Position numbers and translations under genes: made by a program. From contig CAVWWD010000008.1 of assembly GCA_963758635.1 (NCBI GenBank), forward strand, positions 1,184,001-1,248,000: DNA of 64,000 nucleotides, in the 5' to 3' direction. The notes below the pieces were generated by a model. That model was not told the DNA's origin. It ran no database searches and worked only from the letters and a program-made list of their open reading frames with translations. Positions 18,791 through 27,790 of this stretch are shown here, in pieces (position 1 is the stretch's first letter; the number at the start of each line of letters is the position of its first letter). This DNA is from an uncultured Candidatus Rokubacteria bacterium. Its GTDB lineage: Bacteria > Methylomirabilota > Methylomirabilia > Rokubacteriales > CSP1-6.

Positions 18791-20314
18791 ATGACCGAAG
18801 AGCGCTATTTCGCGACGCGCGCCCGCATCGAGCAGGGGCACGTCAAGTACCGCGACAAGCTCAAGGAGGAAGGCAAGCTCTTCGTCCGCGACCGCCTCAA
18901 GCTCCTCCTCGACCCCGGCACCGAGTTCCAGGAAGACTTCCTCTTCGCCCGCAACCAGGAGGCCGACACCCCGGCCGACGGCGTCGTGACCGGTGTGGGC
19001 ACGGTGGGCGGGCGCACCGTCTGCGTCATGGCCAACGACTACACGGTGAAGGCCGGCTCGTGGGGCGAGAAGACGGTGCAGAAGATCGTCCGCATCCAGG
19101 AGCGCGCGCAGCGGCTCCAGGTGCCCCTCCTCTACCTGGTGGACGCCGCGGGCGGCCGCATCTCCGAGCAGATCAAGATCTTCCCCGGGCGCTATCACGC
19201 CGGGCGCATCTTCTACAATGAGGTGCAGCTCTCCGGCGTGGTGCCGCAGGTGTGCATCCTGTTCGGCCCGTCGCCCGCCGGCTCCGCGTACCTGCCCGCG
19301 CTCACCGACTGCGTGATCATGGTGGACGGCAAGGCGAGCCTCTACGTCGGCTCGCCCCGCATGGTCGAGATGGCGATCGGCGAGAAGATCTCGCTCGAGG
19401 AGCTCGGCGGCGCGCGCATGCACTGCTCGGTGTCGGGCTGCGGCGACGTGCTCGCCGGCTCGGACGAGGACGCCATCGAGCTCTGCAAGCGCTACCTCGC
19501 GTTCATGCCCGCTTCGTACAAGGAGCGCCCGGCCGCGGTCGCCGCCCAGGCGTCCAAGGCCGGACGGCCCATCGAGGAGATCGTTCCCTACGACCAGCGC
19601 AAGTGGTTCGACATGTACGAGCTGATCGACCGCGTGATCGACCAGGGCACGTTCTTCGAGATCAAGCGCATGTTCGCGGGCGAGATCATCGTGGGCTTCG
19701 CGCGGCTCGGCGGGCGCGCCGTGGGCCTGGTGGCCAACCAGCCCAAGGTCAAGGGCGGCGTCCTCATGGTGGACTCCTCGGACAAGGCGGCGCGGTTCAT
19801 CTCGCTGTGCAACGCCTTCAACATCCCGCTCGTGTACCTGGCCGACGTGTCGGGCTTCATGGTGGGGAGCAAGGTGGAGCGGGCCGGGATCATCCGCCAC
19901 GGGGCGAAGATGGTGTTCGCCACCTCGCAGGCCACGGTGCCGAAGATCTGCGTGGTCGTGCGCAAGTGCTACGGCGCCGGCCTCTACGCCATGTGCGGGC
20001 CCGCCTTCGAGCCCGACGCCGCGCTCTCGCTGCCGCAGGGGCAGATCGCGATCATGGGCCCCGAGCCCGCCGTGAACGCCGTCTACTACAACCGCATCAT
20101 GGAGCTGCCCGAGGCCGAGCGCGCCGCCTACGTGAAGGCCAAGCGCGACGAGTACGCCGCCGACGTGGACGTCTACAAGCTCGCCTCCGAGATGCTCGTG
20201 GACGGCATCGTCGCGGGCTCGGAGCTGCGCGACGAGCTGATCAAGCGCCTGGCCTACGCCGAGTCCAAGCAGCACGCGTTCCCGCCCCGCCGCAACCCCG
20301 TCGTCCCCGTCTGA
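18791..20314 (+). CDS. Acyl-CoA carboxylase carboxyltransferase (beta) subunit
   Basis: PADGVVTG, ANDYTVKAGSWG, LEELGGARMH, DKAARFI, GFMVGSKVE, RKCYGAG. Confidence 0.93.
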   Translation: MTEERYFATRARIEQGHVKYRDKLKEEGKLFVRDRLKLLLDPGTEFQEDFLFARNQEADTPADGVVTGVGTVGGRTVCVMANDYTVKAGSWGEKTVQKIVRIQERAQRLQVPLLYLVDAAGGRISEQIKIFPGRYHAGRIFYNEVQLSGVVPQVCILFGPSPAGSAYLPALTDCVIMVDGKASLYVGSPRMVEMAIGEKISLEELGGARMHCSVSGCGDVLAGSDEDAIELCKRYLAFMPASYKERPAAVAAQASKAGRPIEEIVPYDQRKWFDMYELIDRVIDQGTFFEIKRMFAGEIIVGFARLGGRAVGLVANQPKVKGGVLMVDSSDKAARFISLCNAFNIPLVYLADVSGFMVGSKVERAGIIRHGAKMVFATSQATVPKICVVVRKCYGAGLYAMCGPAFEPDAALSLPQGQIAIMGPEPAVNAVYYNRIMELPEAERAAYVKAKRDEYAADVDVYKLASEMLVDGIVAGSELRDELIKRLAYAESKQHAFPPRRNPVVPV

Positions 20315-20487
20315 TGCGACGGAAGAACGACGCGCCCCGGCGACGGGCCCGGGTGACCCCCGCACCCAGCCCCAGATCGATCGACAGCACGTCCTTTCGT
20401 GCTCGTGCTCGCAAGTTCCGCCGGACGCTCTCGGGCCGGAAGCACAGCGACAGCACCGGGCTGATTCGCGCAGACCGCGATCGGTGA
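20314..20487 (+). pseudogene. Probable antitoxin (FitA/VapB-like) C-terminal remnant
   Basis: Ends ...RARKFRRTLSGRKHSDSTGLIRADRDR, a typical antitoxin C-terminus; GTGA overlap with MSLV, which then breaks off. Confidence 0.5.
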
Positions 20488-20593
20488 GCCTGGTGGGTTG
20501 GCGCTTCGCGATAGATACGTCCTCGCCGCACCAGGTGCGTGTATCAATTCAGGCTCACTTGGATCGCGCGTTTCGCGGCGATAGGATCGCGTT

Positions 20594-20875
20594 GTGGACG
20601 CCCGCTACTACATCGATCCAGAAACAGGCCTGCCCCACATCCATCGCCATGCGGTCACCGAGGAAGAGGTTGAAGAGGTGCTCCGCCGCCCGATGGAGGA
20701 CAGACCTGGACGAGAGGGCTCCAGAGTCGCCCTGGGGCGGACGCGGTCAGGCCGATATTTGCGAGTCATCTACGTTCCCGACTCCAGACCCGAGTCGGTG
20801 TTCGTCATCACCGCGTACCAGCTCCAAGGCAATGCGCTGTGGGCACTCAGACGGCGGCGAAGGAGGAAGGGATGA
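20594..20875 (+). CDS. BrnT/DUF4258-like RNase toxin
   Basis: HIHRHAVTEEEVEEVL, GRTRSGRYLRVIY, VFVITAY; TTGGAT-17-TAGGAT promoter. Confidence 0.8.
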   Translation: MDARYYIDPETGLPHIHRHAVTEEEVEEVLRRPMEDRPGREGSRVALGRTRSGRYLRVIYVPDSRPESVFVITAYQLQGNALWALRRRRRRKG

Positions 20876-21072
20876 GGCAGACTGAGTACCCGCCCGGTTG
20901 GGACGCTGCGCGCGTCCACCGCGTTCTCGACCACTACGAGGCCCAGTCGGACGACGAGGCCGTCGCAGAGGACGAGGCCGCGTACGAAACCACCACGCAT
21001 ACCGCCATGGAAATTCCCGTGGAGCTTGTGCCAGCCGTGCGCGAACTCATCGCTAGAAGACGCCCTGGGTGA
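20872..21072 (+). CDS. Putative antitoxin paired with BrnT-like toxin
   Basis: 66 aa, acidic: YPPGWDAARVHRVLDHYEAQSDDEAVAEDEAA...EIPVELVPAVRELIA; ATGA overlap. Confidence 0.75.
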   Translation: MRQTEYPPGWDAARVHRVLDHYEAQSDDEAVAEDEAAYETTTHTAMEIPVELVPAVRELIARRRPG

Positions 21073-21177
21073 GCGCGCGAGCACCTACTGCGACGCCTGA
21101 AGTCGTGCGCCGCGTGGCGAGGGCCAGGGGGCGCTGGCCGGTGGCCGTGGTCGACCTGGCGACGATCTGAGGCCGGC

Positions 21178-21570
21178 GTGGAGCGCGCGCCGGCGCTTGC
21201 GGTGGCGTTCACGCTGGCGAGCCTGCCCTTCCTCCTGCCGCACGTGATCGAGGACTTCCACCTGGGCATCGCAGGGCGCGTGGGTCTGCCCGCGGACGTA
21301 GGCGCCTCCTTCCTGGGCTTCGGGCTGGCCGCGCAGCTCCTCGGCCTGGTCCTGACTGCGCAGGGCCGGCGGGCCGGGCTCGCGATCCTCGCGGCGGCGA
21401 GCACGGTGTGGACTGCCGGCTCCGTGTGGGAGCACGGGCTTCCGCTCCTCGTGGAGGGCCTGGACTTTCGCGGCCGCGGACTCTCCGCGCTGTGGGCCGC
21501 CGGGCTCCTCGTGACTCAAGCGCTCGCCGCGGCGTGCGCGTGGGCCGGGCTGGCGCGGTGGCCTCGCTGA
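21178..21570 (+). CDS. Hypothetical small multi-TM membrane protein
   Basis: Hydrophobic helices, LPHVIEDF motif; overlaps cobS start. Confidence 0.65.
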   Translation: MERAPALAVAFTLASLPFLLPHVIEDFHLGIAGRVGLPADVGASFLGFGLAAQLLGLVLTAQGRRAGLAILAAASTVWTAGSVWEHGLPLLVEGLDFRGRGLSALWAAGLLVTQALAAACAWAGLARWPR

Positions 21571-22307
21571 TCCTCGCCGTGCGCTTCCTCACCGTCGTGC
21601 CCGTGCCCGGGCGCGAGGCCACGGGCCCGGGCGCGCTGGGACGCGCGGCGTGGTGGTTCCCGGTGGTCGGCGCGCTCCTCGGCGGCATGCTCGCCGCGGC
21701 CGACTGGACGCTCGCCCGCGTGTTCCCTTCGCTGGTCGCCGCCGTGCTGGTCGTGGCCTTCTGGAAGGTCGCCACCGGCGGCATCCACCTCGACGGGCTC
21801 GCGGACTGCCTCGACGCCCTCGGCGGCGGCAGCCGCGAGCGGCGGCTCGCCATCATGCGCGACCATCGGATCGGCGTGTTCGCGGCGGCGGGGCTGGGCC
21901 TGTCCCTCCTGCTCGCCGTCGCCGCCGTCGCCGAGCTCCCCGCGTCGCTGCGCGCCACCACGCTGATCGCTGCGCCCGCGCTCGGCCGGATCGCGCCTGC
22001 GCTGGCCGGTGCGTGCTTTCCGTCCGCCACTCCAGGGCAGGGCTCGGGCGCCGATTTCCTGAGCGGGCTGTCGCGGTGGGCGGGGTCGGCGCAGCTCGCC
22101 GTCGCCGTCGCGCTGGCGCCCCTGGTGCTCTGGCCAGGCGGCGTCGCGCTGGTCGCCGCCGCCGCGGGCGCGGCGCTCGCGTGGGCGGCCTTCATGGCGC
22201 GGCGCCTGGGCGGCGTCACCGGCGACGTGCTGGGCGGCGCCGTCGAGTGCGGCGAGCTGGCCGCGCTCCTCGCCGCCGCAGCGCTCGCGCACGGGGGCCC
22301 GCGATGA
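21558..22307 (+). CDS. cobS: Cobamide synthase CobS
   Basis: RFLTVVP, FPVVGALLG, GGIHLDGLADCLD, IMRDHRIG, GGVTGDVLG. Confidence 0.93.
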   Translation: MASLILAVRFLTVVPVPGREATGPGALGRAAWWFPVVGALLGGMLAAADWTLARVFPSLVAAVLVVAFWKVATGGIHLDGLADCLDALGGGSRERRLAIMRDHRIGVFAAAGLGLSLLLAVAAVAELPASLRATTLIAAPALGRIAPALAGACFPSATPGQGSGADFLSGLSRWAGSAQLAVAVALAPLVLWPGGVALVAAAAGAALAWAAFMARRLGGVTGDVLGGAVECGELAALLAAAALAHGGPR

Positions 22308-22903
22308 TCTACCTCGTCCGGCACGCCGCGCCGGAGGGCCACGAGACGCGGCGCTTCATCGGCCACCTGGACGTGCCGCTGTCCGCGCACGGCGAGGCGC
22401 AGGCGCGCGCGGTGGCGCGGCGCCTGACGCCCGTGCCGTTCGCCGCCGTCTACGCGAGCGACCTCGCGCGCACCCGCCGCACCGCGGAGATCATCGCCGC
22501 GCCGCACGCGCTCACCCCGATCCAGGTGCCGGCGCTGCGCGAGTTCGCCATGGGCGAGTGGGAGGGGCTCACCGCGGAGCAGATCCGCGACCGCGACGCC
22601 GCGGCGTTCGACGAGTGGATGGCGAACGTGGGTGAGTTCCAGTTCCCCGGGGGCGAGAACCTGGCCCAGGTGGACGCGCGCGCCTGGCCGGCCTTCGAGC
22701 GCATCGCCGCCGCCCACGCGCGCGTTCCCGTCGCCGTGGTCGCCCACGGCGGCCCGAACCGCGCCATCCTCTGCCGCGCGCTGGGCCTGCCGATCGCGCG
22801 CATCCTCGCCCTCGGCCAGGACTACGCCGCGGTGTCGGTGCTCGAGCCTGGGCCGCGGGGCTGGCGGATCGCCGCGCTCAACGAGGGCCCCGGCACGCCA
22901 TGA
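22304..22903 (+). CDS. cobC: Histidine phosphatase, alpha-ribazole-phosphate phosphatase CobC-like
   Basis: LVRHA, SDLARTRRTA, LREFAMGEWEG, VVAHGG; coupled to cobS. Confidence 0.8.
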   Translation: MIYLVRHAAPEGHETRRFIGHLDVPLSAHGEAQARAVARRLTPVPFAAVYASDLARTRRTAEIIAAPHALTPIQVPALREFAMGEWEGLTAEQIRDRDAAAFDEWMANVGEFQFPGGENLAQVDARAWPAFERIAAAHARVPVAVVAHGGPNRAILCRALGLPIARILALGQDYAAVSVLEPGPRGWRIAALNEGPGTP

Positions 22904-24510
22904 CCGCGGGCCGGCTGGGGCGACGCGAGCTCCTGGCCGCCGGGGGTGGGGCCGTCGCGCTCGCGCTGGCGCCGCCGGCCGCCCGCGCCGCGCGCGCCCC
23001 GCGCGTCAAGCGCGGCGGCATCCTCAAGCACGTGGCGCTCGAGCCCTGGACGTTCGACATCCACGCGAGCCCGTCACCGGCGACGCAGATGGCCTCGTCG
23101 CTCGTCCGCCGCACGCTCGTGCGCTGCGCGCGCGACCCGCGGAGCGGCGCGCCGGACCTGGCCATCGCGCCGGACCTGGCCGCGCGCTGGCGCGTGTCGC
23201 CCGACGGGCGGACCTACACGTTCGGGCTGCGTCCCGGCGTGCACTGGGAGCGGAAGCCGCCGGTGGACGGGCGGGAGCTGGTGGCCGCCGACGTGAAGTA
23301 CACGCTCGAGCGCGCCCTCCGTCGCTCGCCGGAGGCGCCGCGCCTGGGCCCGATCAACGTCGTCGAGGCGCCCGACCCGCGCACCGTGCGCGTGCAGCTC
23401 CGCGCGCCGTTCGCGCCGCTCCTGGCCACCCTCGCCGAGCCGTGGCTCGCCGTGCTGCCGCCCGAGGTGGAGGACCGCTTCGGCGACTTCCGCGCGCCCG
23501 CCTCGCTGGTGGGCTGCGGGCCGTTCTCGCTCGCGCGTCATGAGCCCGGCGTGAAGGCGGTGTTCGAGCGGAACCCCGACTACTACCAGCCGCGGCTGCC
23601 CCTCGTGGACCGCATCGACTGGATCTTCCTGCGCGACCGCGCCACACAGCTCTCCCTGTTCGCCGCGGGGCAGGTGGACGTGCCGTCGCACGACGCCTCC
23701 ATCCCGCGGGCCGCGGCGGCGCGCCTGGCCGGGGCGAGCCCGCCGTATCCGGTGCGGTTCTGGGACGGGCTCGGCGTCGGGAGCCTGGCCCTCCGGGTGG
23801 ACCGGCCGCCGCTCGCCGATCCGCGCCTGCGGCGCGCGTTGAGCCTGGCCGTGGATCGCCGCGGCTGGGTGGCCGAGCGCCTCGACGGCGAGGGGATCGA
23901 GGATCCGGGCCCGCTGCCCGCGCCGATGCGCGAGTGGAGGCTGCCCCGCCACCGGCTCGGGGACGGCGCGCGCTGGCTCGAGCACGACCCGGCGCGCGCG
24001 CGGGCGCTCCTGGCCGAGGCCGGCTTTCCGGGCGGGCTCTCGCTCCGGTGCGCGTACACGCCCTCCGGCGGTCCCGAGTCGGCGACGGAGATGCAGCTCC
24101 TGAGCCGGAGCTTCGAACGGGCCGGCGTGGCGCTCACGATCGTGGCGCTGGAGCCGGGGGCGGCGCCGGTGCCGCGCCACGAGGAGACGAGCTGGGCGAT
24201 GTCGCCCGCGTTCACCGACGTGGACGGCTACCTCTACGGCGCCTTCCGGTCCGGACACCCGGCGAACCGCAGCCACGTGAAGGACGACCGGCTGGACGAG
24301 CTGCTGGAGGCGGAGCGACAGGCCGTCACGCGCGCCGCGCGCCGGCATGTCGTCGCGGACATCCAGCGGCGCGCGGCCGAGGGCGTGTACTACCTCTACA
24401 CGCCGAGCCCGCGGAGCCTGGCCGCGTGGGCCCCGTGGGTCCGCGACTACGCGCCCCGCAGCTCGCTCGATCGCGGCGCGCAGCTCGAGGCGGTGTGGCT
24501 CGACCGTTGA
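22900..24510 (+). CDS. ABC solute-binding protein family 5 with Tat signal
   Basis: GRRELL Tat motif; PDLAARW, YTFGLRPGVHW, GCGPF, RLRRALSLAVDR. Confidence 0.88.
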   Translation: MTAGRLGRRELLAAGGGAVALALAPPAARAARAPRVKRGGILKHVALEPWTFDIHASPSPATQMASSLVRRTLVRCARDPRSGAPDLAIAPDLAARWRVSPDGRTYTFGLRPGVHWERKPPVDGRELVAADVKYTLERALRRSPEAPRLGPINVVEAPDPRTVRVQLRAPFAPLLATLAEPWLAVLPPEVEDRFGDFRAPASLVGCGPFSLARHEPGVKAVFERNPDYYQPRLPLVDRIDWIFLRDRATQLSLFAAGQVDVPSHDASIPRAAAARLAGASPPYPVRFWDGLGVGSLALRVDRPPLADPRLRRALSLAVDRRGWVAERLDGEGIEDPGPLPAPMREWRLPRHRLGDGARWLEHDPARARALLAEAGFPGGLSLRCAYTPSGGPESATEMQLLSRSFERAGVALTIVALEPGAAPVPRHEETSWAMSPAFTDVDGYLYGAFRSGHPANRSHVKDDRLDELLEAERQAVTRAARRHVVADIQRRAAEGVYYLYTPSPRSLAAWAPWVRDYAPRSSLDRGAQLEAVWLDR

Positions 24511-24516
24511 TCCCGT

Positions 24517-24933
24517 CTAGCGGCGGAGCGCGAGGGCGCCCGGCCCCAGGAAGACCAGCGCGAGGGTCACGGCGAGGACCAGCAGCACGTACTCGTAGCC
24601 GCCGCCCTTGTCCATGAAGAACCCCTGCTTGAGGTGCACCAGGAAGAAGGCCCCGGCCATGATGGGCAGGTTCACGAGGGCGGCCCAGCGCGTCCAGACG
24701 CCGAGGAGGATGAGGAGGCCCCCGAGCCCGTGGGCGAGGATCACGTACCAGACGCCCACCTCGGGCACGGGCAGGCCGAGCCCGCGCTGGAACTCGATGG
24801 TGCCGCGCACCCCGTAGACGAACAGGGCGAGGTAGGCGTGCATGACGAAGATCACCCCGAGGACGACGCGGAGGATCGTGGCGCCGTAGCTCTCGAGCGA
24901 CCCCGCGGCGCGGCCGGCCGCAGCGCGGCTCAC
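24517..24933 (-). CDS. DoxX family membrane protein
   Basis: LRVVLGVIFVMHA, LGVWTRWAAL, GGYEY, GPGALAL. Confidence 0.88.
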   Translation of the reverse strand: MSRAAAGRAAGSLESYGATILRVVLGVIFVMHAYLALFVYGVRGTIEFQRGLGLPVPEVGVWYVILAHGLGGLLILLGVWTRWAALVNLPIMAGAFFLVHLKQGFFMDKGGGYEYVLLVLAVTLALVFLGPGALALRR

Positions 24934-25655
24934 GGCTTGCGGAACCGGATCTCCGCCATGAACGACTCGGCGGTGGAGTGCGTGTCGTTCGAGTCGACGG
25001 CCACCGAGACGGCGCCCACCGGCTCTGCCGGCTCCTCGCCGTAGATGCGCTTGTAGTCCTCGAGCACGTTGCGCGTCTCCGTGATCCACTTGCCGAGCTC
25101 CGCGGGACCGGAGCGTACGATCACGTAGGTGACGGTGCCCGACTTCTCGCTCTTGGCGATGAGGCCGGCGGGCGCGGTGGTGTCCCACACGTAGCCGATG
25201 ATGCGAGAGCGCACGGCGGACGGAAAGCGCGGGAAGGCCACGTAGATCTGGGCGCCCTGGTCGTCCGACTCCTTGCGCCGCGAGTCGCCGCCCTTGGGAA
25301 GCGCGACGGCCTTCCACCGCCACTCGAGAACCGGGTACTCCTTGAGGTCGACCTTCAGCTCCTTGGAGATGGTGGAGCCCTCGTCGGCGCTCTTCATGTG
25401 GAGCACCTTGCCGGGCCCCTCGGCGACGATGCGGAAGTCGTACTTGGGGCTGCCCCAGTTCTGGGGCTTCCAGCCGTCGGGGACGCCGGTCTTGCCGGCG
25501 GACTGCTTGGACCAGTCCTCGACGAGGAACGCTCCGGGCTGGGTGTGGCCGGGAAGAGCTACGAGGAGCGCCGCGCCCGCCAGGCCAATCGCGGCGGTGA
25601 GGCCCGGCCAGATCCGGCCGATCGGGCTCGGCCGCCATCTCTTCGTCCCTGCCAC
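24930..25655 (-). CDS. DUF3047-like exported protein
   Basis: PVLEWRWKA, DDQGAQIYVAF, IGYVWD, ETRNVLEDYKRIYGEE, DSNDT. Confidence 0.8.
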   Translation of the reverse strand: MAGTKRWRPSPIGRIWPGLTAAIGLAGAALLVALPGHTQPGAFLVEDWSKQSAGKTGVPDGWKPQNWGSPKYDFRIVAEGPGKVLHMKSADEGSTISKELKVDLKEYPVLEWRWKAVALPKGGDSRRKESDDQGAQIYVAFPRFPSAVRSRIIGYVWDTTAPAGLIAKSEKSGTVTYVIVRSGPAELGKWITETRNVLEDYKRIYGEEPAEPVGAVSVAVDSNDTHSTAESFMAEIRFRKP

Positions 25656-25736
25656 GCGGAGCCTCCTTGGTACGCCGCCGCCCGGGCCGCGACGCCATGG
25701 GAGTATAGCGCAGGCCCTGTGCTACCGTAACGTGCC

Positions 25737-26099
25737 ATGCCCGATCTGCGCCTGGACAAATGGCTCTGGGCGGCGCGCTTTTTCAAGAGCCGGAGCCTCG
25801 CCGCGGCGGCGTGCGAAGGCGGCAAGGTGGACCTGAACGGACACGCGGCCAAGCCCTCGCGCGCCATCCGAACCGGCGACCGCGTCGAGGTGACGCTGCG
25901 CGGGGGCAAGCGCATCGCCCGTGTCCGCGAGCTGTCCGATCGCCGCGGCTCCGGAGCGCAGGCCGCCCTCCTCTACGAGGACCTCACCCCACCCCGGCCG
26001 CGCGAGGAGCGCCTCGCGCCTCCCGTCCATCGGCCCGCCGGCGCCGGCCGCCCCACCAAGCGCGACCGGCGGCTCCTCGACCGCGTCGCCCGGTGGTGA
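25737..26099 (+). CDS. hslR: Ribosome-associated heat shock protein Hsp15 (S4 domain)
   Basis: RLDKWLWAARFFKSRSLA, GRPTKRDRR. Confidence 0.93.
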   Translation: MPDLRLDKWLWAARFFKSRSLAAAACEGGKVDLNGHAAKPSRAIRTGDRVEVTLRGGKRIARVRELSDRRGSGAQAALLYEDLTPPRPREERLAPPVHRPAGAGRPTKRDRRLLDRVARW

Positions 26100-27790
26100 G
26101 CGCGGGCGGGCAGGTGCGCGTCTCGACCCGGGCCGCCGCGCCGCTCTGCGTCCTCGTGGCCGCCGCCGCGATCTTTGCGTTCCTCCCCGCGCTCGACGGC
26201 TGGTGGCTCAGCTGGGACGACGAGATCAACTTCGTCGACAACCCGCACTTCCGCGGGCTGGGCGCGCGCCAGCTCGCCTGGATGCTCACCACCACGCAGC
26301 TCGCCGTCTACCAGCCGCTCGCGTGGATGACGCTCGGGGCGAACTACGTCTTCGGCGGCCTCGATCCGTGGGGCTACCACCTCGTCAACCTGCTCCTCCA
26401 CGGCGCCGCCGCCGCGCTCTTCTTCCTGGTGGCGGCGCGGCTGCTGCGCGCGGGCCTCGGGCCGACGGCGGGCGACGAGGCCGTGCTGGCCGGAGCGCTG
26501 GCCGCCGGGCTCGTGTTCGCCGTGCACCCCCTGCGCGCGGAGTCGGTGGCGTGGGTGACGGAGCGGCGCGACGTGCTCTGCGGCGCGCTCTACCTGGCCG
26601 CGGTGCTCGCCTACCTCCGGGGCGTCGAGGGGGGCGGCGGCCTCCGCGGCACCTGGCGCGCCGTCTCGCTGGGCGCCTTCGCCGCCGCGATCGCGGCCAA
26701 GGGCCTGGCGATCACGCTGCCGCTCAGCCTGCTCGTCCTCGACGTCTACCCGCTGCGGCGCGCCGGCGCGCTCGGGTGGGCGCGGCTGGTCCGCGAGAAG
26801 CTCCCGTTCGCCGTCCTCGCCGCGCTCGGCGCGGTCGCGGCACTGTGGGCGGTGTCGCGGGACGCGCGATGGACGGGCTACGCGGAGCAGGGGCCGGACG
26901 CGCGCGTGGCGATGATCGCCTACAGCCTCTGGTTCTACCCGTCACGGCTCGTGTGGCCCGTGGGCCTCTCGCCGTACTACGAGATGCCGGAGCGGATCGC
27001 CCTCACCGAGGGCCGCTTCCTCGGGCCCGTCCTTGCCGTCCTCGCCGTCACCGTGCTCCTCGTGGCGGCGCGCCGCCGCTGGCCCGCGGGGCTCGCGGCG
27101 TGGACGCACTCGGCCATCGCGCTGGCCCCGGTGAGCGGCGCGGTGCACGCGGGCGCGCAGCTCGCCCACGACCGCTTCAGCTATCTCTCGGGCCTCGGCT
27201 TCGCGCTCGCCGCCGGCGGCGCGGTGGCGTGGCTGGTCGTCCGCTGGCGGCGTCGCGCGGTGAGCGGGACGGTGGCCGGCGCGGCCGCGGCGGTCGGGGC
27301 CCTCGGCGTGCTCGCGCTGGCCGCGGGCGCGTGGGAGCAGAGCAAGGTGTGGCGGAACTCCGAGAGCCTGTGGTGGACGGCGGCGGCGACGGACCCGGCG
27401 TGCGCGCTCTGCCGCGTGAACCTCGGCAACGTGCTCTACGGGCAGCGGCGCTTCCGGGAAGCCGAGGCCGCGTACCGCGCCGCGGTCGCGCTGCGGCCGC
27501 GACGGCCCGAGCCGCACAACAACCTGGGCATCGCGCTCGCCGCCCAGGGCCGCTACGCCGAGGCCGAGCCCGCGTTCCGCGAGGCCCTCCGGCTGTCGCC
27601 CGACATGGCGGGTGCGCTCGCCAACCTGGGCACGCTCTACGCGGACCAGCAGCGCTGGAACGAGGCCGCGCCGCTCCTGCGGCGGGCCATCGAGCTGGGC
27701 CCGGACACGCGAGAGCTCCGCGCCACGATGGTGCGCGTCGACCGCGAGGCGCCGGCGCGCGTCGAGCGCGAGGAGTCGGCGTCCCGATGA
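26096..27790 (+). CDS. TMTC-like GT-C membrane glycosyltransferase with C-terminal TPRs, copy 1
   Basis: SWDDEINF loop motif, YHLVNLLLH, FAVHPLRAESVAWVTERRDVL, HDRFSYL, TPRs. Confidence 0.82.
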   Translation: MSAGGQVRVSTRAAAPLCVLVAAAAIFAFLPALDGWWLSWDDEINFVDNPHFRGLGARQLAWMLTTTQLAVYQPLAWMTLGANYVFGGLDPWGYHLVNLLLHGAAAALFFLVAARLLRAGLGPTAGDEAVLAGALAAGLVFAVHPLRAESVAWVTERRDVLCGALYLAAVLAYLRGVEGGGGLRGTWRAVSLGAFAAAIAAKGLAITLPLSLLVLDVYPLRRAGALGWARLVREKLPFAVLAALGAVAALWAVSRDARWTGYAEQGPDARVAMIAYSLWFYPSRLVWPVGLSPYYEMPERIALTEGRFLGPVLAVLAVTVLLVAARRRWPAGLAAWTHSAIALAPVSGAVHAGAQLAHDRFSYLSGLGFALAAGGAVAWLVVRWRRRAVSGTVAGAAAAVGALGVLALAAGAWEQSKVWRNSESLWWTAAATDPACALCRVNLGNVLYGQRRFREAEAAYRAAVALRPRRPEPHNNLGIALAAQGRYAEAEPAFREALRLSPDMAGALANLGTLYADQQRWNEAAPLLRRAIELGPDTRELRATMVRVDREAPARVEREESASR

